Origin: Minisyncoccota bacterium
GTDB lineage: Bacteria; Patescibacteriota; Minisyncoccia; Phycocordibacterales; UBA2100
Direction of reading: 5' to 3'
Assembly (NCBI GenBank): GCA_965267345.1
Contig: OZ253947.1
Coordinates: forward strand, 573,043-637,042
DNA length: 64,000 nt
A program made the translations under genes and the position numbers. Below, one piece after another: positions 46,702 through 56,883 of this stretch. Every line of letters starts with the position of its first letter. The first letter of the stretch is position 1. Under the pieces are notes generated by a model. It was not told the origin of the DNA, made no database searches, and saw only the letters and a program-made list of their open reading frames with translations.

Positions 46702-47814
46702 CTAGCGATTCATTGGCATCACCAAGTAGGTAAACGATTGATCGCCGACTGGGGTAATAATGAGTGGTTTTCCGACGCCGGCAAATGAGAGCGTGAGGCT
46801 GTCAGTCGGTATCGACTGGAGACAGTCGGCAACGTAGCGGTGGTTGAAGCTGATATCAAGCTCTGCACCAGTGAGTGTCGCCTCGAGTGAGTCAAATACC
46901 TCGCCAACATCTGCATTACGTGCGCTCATGGTGAATGTTTTCTTTTCTGGATACACATGAAGAGTGATCTGTCCGAATTTATCTGAAAAAATATGTGCTT
47001 TTTTGAGCGTATTTGCAAAATCCTCTTTTAAAAGTACGGCTTCAGTAGTGGTGTCTTTCGGAAGAATACTTCGATAGTCAGGGAATGAGCCGTCAATAAT
47101 ACGGGAGGTAATAAAGAGTGTATCCGTCTGTACTGAAAACTGATTCTCATCAATAAATACGATAAGTTCTTCGTCTGTTTTAGTATCGAGGATACGCATT
47201 AACTCAGTGGTATTTTTTGCAGGCATAATGACTGTAGGAATGTCACTATCTTCTTCACCGACGCGGTGTGGGATTTTCTTTTCTGCAAGACGAAATGAGT
47301 CGGTTGCGACAAAAAAGAGGTGATCATCCTCATGGTACATATACACACTCGCGAGTTCAGGCTTAATGAGTGAGGTTGAGGCGCTATAGAGAACCGAGCG
47401 CACACCGCTTATAAGCTTTGTCTGCTGTATTTTATACGCGGGAGCTGTTTCAGGACGTGGAATTGAAGGAAAATCCTCATATGGCACTGTTTTGATTGTT
47501 GTTTTTGCACCACCTGACGTCACCACAATCGTCCCGTCACGCTCCTCAATAGTAAGTGTGGTCGCTGATGGTGATGTTTTAAGTGTTGAGAGAAGTGTGT
47601 GTGCAGGAACAGCAACCACCCCCTCCTTCTCTACATCAACAGAAAAGGTTTTCTCAATACCGATTTCAAGGTTTGTTGCTTTTAATACAACTGTGTCTTT
47701 TTGCACATCGAATACCACACAACGAAGTACCGGAAGTGTTGCTGACTGAGCGACAATACGCGACGCGGTGTCCACAGCAGTTTCAATATCTTTTTTTAAA
47801 CACTTTAATTTCAT
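46702..47814 (-). CDS. dnaN: DNA polymerase III beta sliding clamp
   Basis: 370-aa three-domain clamp. Position downstream of dnaA. Confidence 0.9.
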   Translation of the reverse strand: MKLKCLKKDIETAVDTASRIVAQSATLPVLRCVVFDVQKDTVVLKATNLEIGIEKTFSVDVEKEGVVAVPAHTLLSTLKTSPSATTLTIEERDGTIVVTSGGAKTTIKTVPYEDFPSIPRPETAPAYKIQQTKLISGVRSVLYSASTSLIKPELASVYMYHEDDHLFFVATDSFRLAEKKIPHRVGEEDSDIPTVIMPAKNTTELMRILDTKTDEELIVFIDENQFSVQTDTLFITSRIIDGSFPDYRSILPKDTTTEAVLLKEDFANTLKKAHIFSDKFGQITLHVYPEKKTFTMSARNADVGEVFDSLEATLTGAELDISFNHRYVADCLQSIPTDSLTLSFAGVGKPLIITPVGDQSFTYLVMPMNR

Positions 47815-48060
47815 AGTTTTTTATTTTTTTCTTACGAACACCCTTATTAGTGCTGTGTGTATGTGCAGAAACACGTAATCCTCTGTGTTTCTGCACTCTC
47901 ACCACTAGAACTCGTGTGTGCTATCTGTGAACAAAGAAGGAACAGAACTGGGTATAACAACAGTGTATACCATTTGGGTGCATGAGGTGGGTATAACTCC
48001 TATGGTAGTACCCATGATTATCACCATCACACCCCAACACTTATACACAGAGAACTGAAC
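47815..48060. other. oriC part 1: AT-rich unwinding element plus DnaA-box-like 9-mers between dnaA and dnaN
   Basis: The T-rich stretch TTTTTATTTTTTCTTA sits next to the dnaN start. TTATACACA at 48041-48049 is a 1-mismatch DnaA box. Confidence 0.65.
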
Positions 48061-49425
48061 CTAATTGTGTATAAGTGTTCGGACATGATTAACCTCTTGG
48101 TCGAGGATTGGGTCAATCTTTATCTCCCCTTTCACCTTCTCACATGAGTGAATTACTGTTGTGTGGTCACGGCCACCAAGTTTTTCTCCAATACTTGGAT
48201 AGGAAATACCAAAATCTTCACGCAGGATGTACATAATGACCTGTCGCGGACGCACCACCTCTTTCTTACGCGTCTTTTTATAGATGTTTTGCTCATCTAC
48301 TTCGTAGTATTCTGCGATTTTCTTCACAACATCAACCACCGAAATATTTTTATTCGGTTTTGTGGTGTTCTTCACCACATTTTGTACCTCCTGTGTACTG
48401 AGCTCCTTACCCTTAAGTTGTGTTTTGCACATAAGGGTGTTTAAAAGCCCCTCAAGCTCACGAATGTTACCTGGAACTTCTTTTGCCATGTACTCAATTA
48501 CGTCTTGGGGCACTAAAAAGTCGTGCTGCCGTGCTTTCTCGCGCAAAATTTCAATACGTGACTCCACATCAGGGTTTGGGATCTCAGCGATCATACCGGC
48601 GCTAAACCGCCCGCGTAGGCGGTCTTCGAGTCCAAGAAGGTTATTCGGGTGCTTATCTGACGAGAAGACAATTTGTTTGTTGTTGTCGTAGAGTGCATTA
48701 AAGAGATGGAAAAGCTCTTCTTGGGTGCGCTCTTTATCGGCAACAAATTGAATGTCGTCCATGATTAGTACGTCATACTGACGGTACTTGTCTTTAAAGG
48801 TATTTCCCTTCCCTGTTTTAATCGCATTAATGAAGTCCATCACAAATCGCTCCGAGGTGACGTAAAACACCTTCCGATTCGAGTTGGTTTTCTTTAAATG
48901 GTTGCCAATCGCCTGTATCAGGTGGGTTTTACCATGTCCTGTCGCACCGTAAATAAAAAGTGGGTTGTAGGTCAGGCCTGGATTTTGAATAACCGCCTGA
49001 GCTGCGGCGTGCGCGAGCTGGTTGAAGGGGCCGACAACAAACGTATCAAAAGTGTAGCGCGGGTTAAGGTTGTCACGTCGGTCAATAAACATGTCCTGCA
49101 ACGGCATCTGATTCTGCGGCGTGGTGGTCTGTGTTGGAATACGTTGTTCCCCTGCAGCCTTTTTTGCCGCATTCTTCGTCACCACATACTCGATACCGCG
49201 GATTCTATCTTCGAATCCACGCAGTGTTTTTAAAAGAAACTTGTGATGCTTCTCTTGGAGCCAGTCTTTAACAATTTTATTTGGAACGCCGATAAATACG
49301 ATGCCCGCGTCGCGCTTAATGATGATGGTGTCCTTAAACCATGTGCGAAAACTTGCCTCTGATGTGTTCATTTCAATATGAACGAGCGTGTTTTGCCACA
49401 ATTCTTGGTCACTCAACATACGCAA
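48061..49425 (-). CDS. dnaA: chromosomal replication initiator DnaA
   Basis: AAA+ Walker [11 protein letters not shown], sensor motifs and a C-terminal DnaA-box-binding HTH (..[10 protein letters not shown]..). Confidence 0.95.
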   Translation of the reverse strand: MRMLSDQELWQNTLVHIEMNTSEASFRTWFKDTIIIKRDAGIVFIGVPNKIVKDWLQEKHHKFLLKTLRGFEDRIRGIEYVVTKNAAKKAAGEQRIPTQTTTPQNQMPLQDMFIDRRDNLNPRYTFDTFVVGPFNQLAHAAAQAVIQNPGLTYNPLFIYGATGHGKTHLIQAIGNHLKKTNSNRKVFYVTSERFVMDFINAIKTGKGNTFKDKYRQYDVLIMDDIQFVADKERTQEELFHLFNALYDNNKQIVFSSDKHPNNLLGLEDRLRGRFSAGMIAEIPNPDVESRIEILREKARQHDFLVPQDVIEYMAKEVPGNIRELEGLLNTLMCKTQLKGKELSTQEVQNVVKNTTKPNKNISVVDVVKKIAEYYEVDEQNIYKKTRKKEVVRPRQVIMYILREDFGISYPSIGEKLGGRDHTTVIHSCEKVKGEIKIDPILDQEVNHVRTLIHN

Positions 49426-49706
49426 AGTTTCCGTATTATATACAAGCTCTGTGGATAAGTAAAAAATGCCTCAAAATGCACTTCTATGTGGATAGTGTGG
49501 GGATAAGTAATGACGTGTACCCTACCTCACGTTTATCGCAGGTGGTGCTTACGGACAAAACTCTTAACGAGAGAGCCGTTGATACACCTGTTGCGGCGTT
49601 TATCATGACTCCGCCGACAAAAAGCAGCTTTTACATGTATGTGTATAGTAGTATCTCTATCCACAGAGTATTGCTTTTTGTCTGTTTTTGCGTAGTATGT
49701 GTCCCC
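49426..49706. other. oriC part 2: DnaA-box cluster upstream of dnaA
   Basis: Perfect TGTGGATAA at about 49450. Near-consensus boxes TGTGGATAG and TGGGGATAA at about 49487-49505. CTATCCACA at about 49666. Confidence 0.7.
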
Positions 49707-49847
49707 ATGTCAACAAAGCGAACATATCAACCAAAAAAGCGAAAGCGCCAGCGAAAGCACGGCTTTCTTTCGCGCACACTTACTGCAGCAGGTCGTCGCG
49801 TGCTACGCGCACGCCGTCGTCGCGGGCGCAAGTCTCTCGCGGTGTAG
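49707..49847 (+). CDS. rpmH: 50S ribosomal protein L34
   Basis: [46 protein letters not shown]. The track ORF was a longer upstream frame. Confidence 0.9.
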   Translation: MSTKRTYQPKKRKRQRKHGFLSRTLTAAGRRVLRARRRRGRKSLAV

Positions 49848-49907
49848 GAATCGTTTTGTTACCTCTCTTTCAAACAGTGTACGGGTACCGTACACTGTTT
49901 TGGTATA

Positions 49908-50234
49908 GTGCCTATGCTCAGTAAGAAGAACCGCGCCACAACACACGACATACGCGAAACACTCGGCCGACGGCATACGACACGCCACGGCTCGCACCTG
50001 TCACTGCGCTACTCACACGAGCACATCGATGCGCCACTGTGTAGTGTTGTTGTCTCAAAACGCGTCGCTCGCACCGCTGTCGCTCGCAATGCGCTCAAGC
50101 GCAAGCTCCGCGCCGCACTCAAAGAGATCGAGCACCTTCTCCCCCGCCGCACCATCATCGTGTACGCAAAAACAACAGCGCGGGATTTGTCGGTGCGGGA
50201 AGCCGCGACGGAGATACTCAACCTACTCGCGTAG
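49908..50234 (+). CDS. rnpA: ribonuclease P protein component
   Basis: Basic 108-aa protein following rpmH, with ..KRVARTAVARNALKRKLR.. RnpA motif. Confidence 0.8.
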   Translation: MPMLSKKNRATTHDIRETLGRRHTTRHGSHLSLRYSHEHIDAPLCSVVVSKRVARTAVARNALKRKLRAALKEIEHLLPRRTIIVYAKTTARDLSVREAATEILNLLA

Positions 50235-50285
50235 AGCGTTTACTTCGCCCATACTCTGCGCTACTATGCGTCGGTACTCACTACT

Positions 50286-51023
50286 ATGTTTAATACGTTC
50301 ATCTACACACCCCTGTATAACGGCCTCATCCTCTTCATCGATTTTGTGCCGTATGCCGATGTGGGCATCGCTGTTATTTTGCTCACGATTCTCGTAAAGC
50401 TCATACTCTTTCCACTGGCGCACAAGGCAGCGCACACACAAGCGCGTATGCGCACCATGGCGCCGCTCATTGAGGAGCTCAAGGAGACCTATAAAGATGA
50501 CCGTCAGCAGCAGACGCTGAAAATGATGGAGCTGTACCGTGAGCATAATGTACGGCCATTTTTTAGTCTGCTCACTATCCTCATTCAACTCCCGATTATT
50601 CTCGGGCTGTACTGGGTCTTTTTTAAGGGTGGTTTGCCAACCGTTAATCCCGACATACTCTATAGCTTTGTGCCGTTTCCCGATAACGTGAATATGCAAT
50701 TTCTCGGCCTCATTGACATGGGAAGCCGCAGTCTCCTTTTGGCAGCACTTGCCGGTCTGACACAGTTTGTGCACACCTACTTTGCGCTGCCGGCACCGGC
50801 AAAGCGCAGCGAGAATCCGTCACTTAAAGAAGATTTGGCGCGCAGCTTCCACCTTCAAATGAAATACGTCATGCCGATCATTGTTGCCGTGGTCGCCTAC
50901 ATCATCTCAGCCGCCATTGCACTCTACTGGATTACCAGCAACCTCTTTGCTATCGGCCAAGAGCTTATGGTACGCCGCCAAATTGCGAAAGCTGAGAATA
51001 CATCCGCGCATGACAACACATAA
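50286..51023 (+). CDS. yidC: membrane protein insertase YidC (short form)
   Basis: Five TM helices with the YidC/Oxa1 core pattern. Position after rnpA. Confidence 0.85.
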   Translation: MFNTFIYTPLYNGLILFIDFVPYADVGIAVILLTILVKLILFPLAHKAAHTQARMRTMAPLIEELKETYKDDRQQQTLKMMELYREHNVRPFFSLLTILIQLPIILGLYWVFFKGGLPTVNPDILYSFVPFPDNVNMQFLGLIDMGSRSLLLAALAGLTQFVHTYFALPAPAKRSENPSLKEDLARSFHLQMKYVMPIIVAVVAYIISAAIALYWITSNLFAIGQELMVRRQIAKAENTSAHDNT

Positions 51024-51456
51024 CGACATACAAACATTTATTGAAACACTTTTAACGAAACTCGGTGTTACCTTTGAGCGCATTGAGCTCGTTGAAGTTG
51101 CCGGCCAACAGCTATTTGAAATTCACACGGACGACAGCGCACAGCTGGTCGGAAATAAAGGAGCCACAATACGGGCGATAAACCACATTGTTAAGAAAGC
51201 GTTTGATGGTGACGACGCGCCCCGCTTCTCTATCGATGTAAACGGATACCAGACAAAGCGCATTGATGAGCTGAAAGAGACAGCGCGACTCTTGGCCGAT
51301 CGAGCGCGATCGCTTAAGTACAATGTTGAAATGAACCCCATGAGCTCGTATGAACGCATGATTGTTCATGCAGCGCTCACTGACGAGCCCGAAGTTACGA
51401 CTGAATCACAAGGTGAAGGACGTGAACGCCGCGTTGTCATTCGCCATACCGGCTAA
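51010..51456 (+). CDS. jag: Jag/KhpB-like RNA-binding protein (KH + R3H domains)
   Basis: ..GNKGATIRAINHIVKKA.. (KH) and ..MSSYERMIVHAALTD.. (R3H). Start trimmed to MTTHNDIQ. Confidence 0.8.
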   Translation: MTTHNDIQTFIETLLTKLGVTFERIELVEVAGQQLFEIHTDDSAQLVGNKGATIRAINHIVKKAFDGDDAPRFSIDVNGYQTKRIDELKETARLLADRARSLKYNVEMNPMSSYERMIVHAALTDEPEVTTESQGEGRERRVVIRHTG

Positions 51457-52247
51457 TTTGCGGTAGTGCATCGGCGCGCACCAATAGCTCCTCCATCGCG
51501 CGCGAGTGCCTCATCACAGAGGCTTTTTGATGTAGCGCAATGAAAACCACGCCCATCTTGATAGCACCACATTCCCGTCACATCTTCCTGTACTATCTCC
51601 CGTTGTGTGTAAAACGTTGTACCGCCGATGTTCGTGGTTGTGTTTGCCGTAAGTGGGAGTGCACAGCAAAGGTCAGACGCGCTATTTCCAATATTGCCAC
51701 ACACATTCGCATCTGCAGAAACCCAGTCAGAGCCTCGTGCAGCACATCCCTGACTGCGCGGCGTCCAGCGGGCATCTTGGTATTGTGTGCCGTACGCATT
51801 CGGCCCGACACGATTCGTAGGACCTGTGTAAGGGGTATACTCGCTTGTAGTGCGTTCAATTGTTGCACTCGGCAGTAAGAAGTTAAGTTTTAATATATCG
51901 GGATTGATTTGATTGAAAAAAAGCCAAATACCCAGCAGCATAATGAGCCCTAACACTGCTTGTCGGATGCGCTCGACACTCTCTTTTTTCCCCGAAACGG
52001 CGTCAGTGGTCATGTACTGCAACCCAGCAGTAGCGATAATAATGACCGCCAAGGAGCTGCCGATAGCAAGCGCCAAACTGAAGAGGTTGTTAAAAAAGCC
52101 CACCAAACCCTGCTGGCTAATGAGATTTGTCGCAAAATCAGTAAGCCCTTGGAAGTTACTGAGTTCTTGCGCGTATACCGCAGTCGGTAGTGCGGTAAGC
52201 GCAAACAGTGCAAAAGCGTATGTCAGGTTACGATGTTTCATTTTCAT
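51453..52247 (-). CDS. VirB2/TrbC-like pilin candidate with Cys-rich C-terminal extension
   Basis: Signal peptide (MKMKHRNLTYAFALFALTALPTAVYA), then two hydrophobic helices separated by a short loop, then a roughly 150-aa Cys-rich region. The pilin call rests on topology only. Confidence 0.4.
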   Translation of the reverse strand: MKMKHRNLTYAFALFALTALPTAVYAQELSNFQGLTDFATNLISQQGLVGFFNNLFSLALAIGSSLAVIIIATAGLQYMTTDAVSGKKESVERIRQAVLGLIMLLGIWLFFNQINPDILKLNFLLPSATIERTTSEYTPYTGPTNRVGPNAYGTQYQDARWTPRSQGCAARGSDWVSADANVCGNIGNSASDLCCALPLTANTTTNIGGTTFYTQREIVQEDVTGMWCYQDGRGFHCATSKSLCDEALARDGGAIGARRCTTAN

Positions 52248-53478
52248 TGTCAGGTGTTGGCAGTAGCAGCGACCACAGCGTTTGGTCGGTGCGATTGGTA
52301 AAGAAGACAACATCACCTGTAGCATTAAAGAAAAGCTCTTCGGCTGCAAGTGTCGTATTTACTGATGACTGTGGTGAGAAGAGTTCAATCGCTTCAACAC
52401 CCTCATCGGTGACCATGAGTTGCCAGAACGAAGTAGCAAGCTGTACGCGTCCTTTGTACCAGTCGTCAGGGTAGCGCGCCTGTGGGAATGTTGTGGGTAC
52501 GGCGCAGATGGCATGTGCTGCATCTGTTGGGTTCCATGCACACAAACTCGCAAAAGTGCGCATCGGCAACTCAGTGCGCTCTCCTGACGCCCCTTGCACG
52601 AAAAGACGTGGTGCGGCGCCATCTTCCGCACTGGTGCTATACAAAAGCACGTCACCACTTGGGCTCATGCGCGTTTCAAGTGCACTGAGTCGTGAGATAA
52701 CGGGTGTTGCTGAACTATCTGCAAGACTGATGTGCACGGCAGTTCCCGTTACACCCGCTGCTGCGTGCTGCGTCAGCACTATGGTCTCATCATTCACCCA
52801 CGCCACGTGCCACGAGCGCAGTGTCGACTCCCACGCCACTTCTGCATTGGAGCCGTCAGCGTCAACGATGACGAGATTTGCCCCGCGCGATGTCGGCTGT
52901 ACGTAGGCAAGGCGTTGCGTGTCGGGACTGCGCGCAACGCTCCGTGTGTTTGGCGGAAGTGAGGTGGTGATGTCTGTGCTCCCCACAGGTTTAATGACGG
53001 AGATAAGTCGCTCGCGCTCATCGAGGTAGCGCAGTAGCACTGAGTCTGTGTCGTCAACAAACACTGCGTCGTAGACCTGTGGAATGGTTGTCTGTGCAAT
53101 ACGTTCTGTTTCCCCGCCGCGTTGTGGCCGCGAAAAAATGTGGCCGGTTGCGCGATCGACAAAGAGTACATCTGTCGGTGTTGTGGCCGCACCGGCAACG
53201 GGCAGGTTGTATACCTGTTGCAGCTGTATTCTATCGCGTGGTGATGTCGTTGTTGCTGCCGACGTGTCTAAATCAGTGTCAGTGTCGGTACCGAAGAATC
53301 CGCCAAAAAAGCCGCTCCCGCCACTTCCTCCTGCTCCTGTGCCGGTGTACCCGACGTCTTGTGTTCCTTCGCGGAGTTGCTGTTGCTGGGTACCAATAAA
53401 GAGTGCCCACCCAATAAGCGTCACAATCAGTACGATGACAACGGCGGCGGCAATGATGTAGATGGTTCGCGTATTCAT
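52228..53478 (-). CDS. hypothetical N-terminally anchored protein, beta-rich (propeller-like)
   Basis: One TM helix and 416 aa. Part of the minus-strand T4SS-like cluster. Confidence 0.45.
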   Translation of the reverse strand: MNTRTIYIIAAAVVIVLIVTLIGWALFIGTQQQQLREGTQDVGYTGTGAGGSGGSGFFGGFFGTDTDTDLDTSAATTTSPRDRIQLQQVYNLPVAGAATTPTDVLFVDRATGHIFSRPQRGGETERIAQTTIPQVYDAVFVDDTDSVLLRYLDERERLISVIKPVGSTDITTSLPPNTRSVARSPDTQRLAYVQPTSRGANLVIVDADGSNAEVAWESTLRSWHVAWVNDETIVLTQHAAAGVTGTAVHISLADSSATPVISRLSALETRMSPSGDVLLYSTSAEDGAAPRLFVQGASGERTELPMRTFASLCAWNPTDAAHAICAVPTTFPQARYPDDWYKGRVQLATSFWQLMVTDEGVEAIELFSPQSSVNTTLAAEELFFNATGDVVFFTNRTDQTLWSLLLPTPDNENETS

Positions 53479-53481
53479 ACT

Positions 53482-54504
53482 CTAAAATCCGAATAAGGTA
53501 CGACGGGCGTCGGCTTCAAATGTAAACTGCCACTGCGCTTGTACCGACTGCAGCAGGTGATCATTGTGGTCGATTGAGAGTGAGGCGTAGGTGGTGACGT
53601 CTTCGTCGGCGTCGAGCTGAAGTGTCAGGAGTGCAGGGTTAGCTTCGTCTCCCAACACCGACGCACTGTTGATGCGCCAGTCGTAGAGCAGCACGGCATC
53701 ACTGGCGCGCTGCGCCGCCATGTAGTACGGTACCGCACTGATTTGTGTTTGGGAGGCGCCCGTAAATGTGTGGGCAGCGCCGATAGCCGTATGGTATTGA
53801 ATGCCGGTGAGCGGATCGTACTCATACAGGACGATATCAGGTTCATCAGTGCTAATGCGCGCACCTGCTGTCCCGAGCACACGCCCGTCGGCAGTGGTCA
53901 CCTCAACTGACAAAATATAGGTGCCAAGGAATTTTGGCCCCGTAAGGGCAATACCGTCAACACCCCGCCCTGATTGGTTGCCGAGTACCGTTGTGTCGCG
54001 TCGCCACGTGTAGAGCAACTCATCAGCGGCGAGACGCTCCCCGTCAGCGCTTTCTGCGTGTACGAATGCCTGTGCACGGATGGTACTGCCGCTCGTGTAG
54101 CGCGCGCGGCCACGATAAAAGGGCGGTGTGTAGGTGTCGGCTTCCCACGACACACTTACCACGGCCGGTTGCACGGTAACACTGTTGTTGAGCACGGTAC
54201 CGTCAGTCGTGCGGATGAATACTGCTAATTCACTTTGGTCGCCAAGCGCGCCGGCGACAAAAGATGTTTGCACAAGACCGATTCCTTCGGCGATGACCTC
54301 ATCGTTGAGCACCCAGATAATATCAGCAGAGCGTACGTCTTCGTCGAGCGACGAAACCGTCGCCACCACCTCTTCATTAGGGGCTGGTTGTGCGGGAGTG
54401 AGGGTGATGTCAACGCGCGAAAATGACTCAAACGGCACTTGCGCCGCCACACCAAGGGGTGCGCACAGAAGCATCACGCCTATGACAGCATGTCGGAGAA
54501 ACAT
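53482..54504 (-). CDS. hypothetical secreted protein
   Basis: Signal peptide and 340 aa. No assignable domain. Confidence 0.45.
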   Translation of the reverse strand: MFLRHAVIGVMLLCAPLGVAAQVPFESFSRVDITLTPAQPAPNEEVVATVSSLDEDVRSADIIWVLNDEVIAEGIGLVQTSFVAGALGDQSELAVFIRTTDGTVLNNSVTVQPAVVSVSWEADTYTPPFYRGRARYTSGSTIRAQAFVHAESADGERLAADELLYTWRRDTTVLGNQSGRGVDGIALTGPKFLGTYILSVEVTTADGRVLGTAGARISTDEPDIVLYEYDPLTGIQYHTAIGAAHTFTGASQTQISAVPYYMAAQRASDAVLLYDWRINSASVLGDEANPALLTLQLDADEDVTTYASLSIDHNDHLLQSVQAQWQFTFEADARRTLFGF

Positions 54505-54537
54505 GGTGCCATTATACCTCCCTTCCCCTGCTTCGTA

Positions 54538-54975
54538 TTAGGCGGCACGGGACAAGTTGCGCGGCGCGCCACGTCCGCGGCGCCCGTTGTCATTGGCAGT
54601 ACGTCGCTGCTGCGGGGCGTTTTCTTCGCGTACTTTTTCATTGTGTTCGTCATCTTCTTTTTGTATGTGGTGGACAGAATACCACGTTACTGCCGTCCAC
54701 ATCGGAAACATGCTCAGCGGCAGTGGGAGTATTTCGGCGAGCACTGCAAACCACTTTGCTACGAGGCGCTTGTGGCTTGAAAAGAGCGGAATGCCGAGTA
54801 CGCGGAACCAAATAAGAAAGACGACCGTGAGCAAGAAGGAGATAATCATATTGATCACCCAACCGAAACCAAACGGAATCCACCCCAATAGAAATTGCAA
54901 GCTGTCGCCAACAGCGGCGACACCAATGAGGAGCCCTTTCTGCATTGGCACCACGCGCTGTCGTTCTTCGTCCAT
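54538..54975 (-). CDS. hypothetical integral membrane protein
   Basis: Three to four TM helices. Immediately downstream of virB4. Confidence 0.4.
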   Translation of the reverse strand: MDEERQRVVPMQKGLLIGVAAVGDSLQFLLGWIPFGFGWVINMIISFLLTVVFLIWFRVLGIPLFSSHKRLVAKWFAVLAEILPLPLSMFPMWTAVTWYSVHHIQKEDDEHNEKVREENAPQQRRTANDNGRRGRGAPRNLSRAA

Positions 54976-54978
54976 AGG

Positions 54979-56835
54979 CTACTGGGTTGGAATATCGCGC
55001 GTCGGTGTCTGCTGCTGCGCGTCGGTGTCTGCCACTTCCTGCTTTGCTTTTTTAATTGCCAGAATTTGAGACGGGTCGGAGGTGATGATTTGGTCTTCGG
55101 TGTAACTGGCGATCACCTTAATGGCGACGTGTTTAAGGCCGGCAAAGAAAATGCCCTCCCCCACATCTGATTCAAGTAAAAGGTACTTTTCTTCGTCGGA
55201 GAGCTTAAAGGTTTCCTGAATCAGGTCAATCGAGGTCGGTGACTGACGTAGGAGAATCTGAATTGAGGAGTTAGTGATCATGGCTTTGCCGTACGAGCTG
55301 TTGAGGAAGTCGGCGACGTCTTGCGTGATGGTTGCCAGTCCGAGGTAGTACTTACGGCCACGCTTGGCAATACTGAAGAGGAATGAAGCGGTATCTTCTG
55401 ACTTCATCATCCACCATGCCTCGTCAATCACGAGCAGGCGTTTACGCAAATTTTTTCGCACCATGTTCCAGATATGGTGGGTCACGAGGTACATAGCAAC
55501 CGGCTTGAGCTCGTCTTCCATGTCGCGAATGCTGAAGACGACAAAGCGCTTGTTCATGTCGACATTCGTCGGTTGGTTGATGAAGCCCGCCCACGTACCA
55601 CGGGTATATTTCGACATGCGTTGCACGAGCGACTCAGATCCTTCCATACCCGAAAGCACGAGTTCAAAGTCTGAGAGCAGCGGCGGCTCAAGGTTCGTGA
55701 AATCAGAATCAGGGGTGATGTCTTTCAGTGCGTAGGTTTCCGTGATGGCGCGGTCGATAATCGCGTCTTCCTCAGGGGTGAGACCGCCGAGCATGATACG
55801 GAAAAGGCCGACGAGTGTGATGATGTTGTTGCGCAGCACGTCTCCCGGACTTTCGTCTTCACGCGGTACGGGTAAATCAAACGGGTTAATGTGGTGCTGG
55901 GACGAAAGTGAAATGTTGAAATAGCGCCCCCCTGTTGTTTCGGCAAGGTACTCGTACTCGCGCTCAGGGTCGATCACAATCACGTCTGCATCGAACATCA
56001 GTGAGCGAATAATCTCCAGCTTGGTCATGTACGACTTACCGGCACCCGACTTGGCGAATACGACTGAGTTGTAGTTTTCGAGACTAAAGCGGTCGAAGAG
56101 AACAAGGCTCGAGTTGTGGCGGTTAATACCGTAGAGAATACCGCGGTCGCTGGTGAGGTCGAATGAGATAAACGGAAAGATGCTCGACAGTGGTGACGAG
56201 TTGAGTTTTGAGTGCACGTCGAGCTCATCTCTGGCAATTGGCATGACGCTACGAAATCCGGGTTCCTGCTGAAACAGCGCCGGTTTGAGGTAGACAAGTC
56301 GCGACTCAAGAATGGAGCGAATCTCGGACTCCGCCTTATCAATTTCGTCGCGCGTATCGCCGTAAATGGTGAGGTAAAGACCGACTTCAAACATTTTCTC
56401 CTGTGCTTGTTGCAGACGATCACGGAGAAACTCAAGGTCGGAGTACGCGGTGTCGAGCATCGGGTCGCGCACCAGTCCCTTCTCCTCGCGGATAGCAATC
56501 TGACTCTCCACCTCGGCAACTTTCTTCTGGAATTTGCGCAACACCGTGGTGGTATCCATTGGGTGCACAAAAATAGACACATCAAACACCTTGTCGAGGT
56601 TGATGATTGGTGAAAACCATCCCGTTGTTAAGAAACGTGGATACGAAATCACAAAGAAGGTACGCGCCACCTTTTCGCCGAGGTTCAGTGCCCGTGGGGT
56701 AATCTGGAGTGCCGACGGCGCAATAACGTCTTGTAGCTCGAGAACGCCGTGTTTGTAGATCTCCTCGGGGAGAATCGGAATCGGCTCACGCGCATCCTCG
56801 TCCTTTTTCTTCGAGAAAAAATCAAACAACGCCAT
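54979..56835 (-). CDS. virB4: VirB4/TrbE/CagE-family type IV secretion ATPase
   Basis: Walker A ..VVFAKSGAGKSYMTK.., Walker B ..LLVIDEAWWM.., ..LGLATITQDVADF.. and a typical N-terminal domain (..LQITPRALNLGEKVARTFFV..). Confidence 0.85.
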   Translation of the reverse strand: MALFDFFSKKKDEDAREPIPILPEEIYKHGVLELQDVIAPSALQITPRALNLGEKVARTFFVISYPRFLTTGWFSPIINLDKVFDVSIFVHPMDTTTVLRKFQKKVAEVESQIAIREEKGLVRDPMLDTAYSDLEFLRDRLQQAQEKMFEVGLYLTIYGDTRDEIDKAESEIRSILESRLVYLKPALFQQEPGFRSVMPIARDELDVHSKLNSSPLSSIFPFISFDLTSDRGILYGINRHNSSLVLFDRFSLENYNSVVFAKSGAGKSYMTKLEIIRSLMFDADVIVIDPEREYEYLAETTGGRYFNISLSSQHHINPFDLPVPREDESPGDVLRNNIITLVGLFRIMLGGLTPEEDAIIDRAITETYALKDITPDSDFTNLEPPLLSDFELVLSGMEGSESLVQRMSKYTRGTWAGFINQPTNVDMNKRFVVFSIRDMEDELKPVAMYLVTHHIWNMVRKNLRKRLLVIDEAWWMMKSEDTASFLFSIAKRGRKYYLGLATITQDVADFLNSSYGKAMITNSSIQILLRQSPTSIDLIQETFKLSDEEKYLLLESDVGEGIFFAGLKHVAIKVIASYTEDQIITSDPSQILAIKKAKQEVADTDAQQQTPTRDIPTQ

Positions 56836-56883
56836 GAGGACATTATAGCGTACGTTACACGCTCATTAGAGAACTACTGGGCA

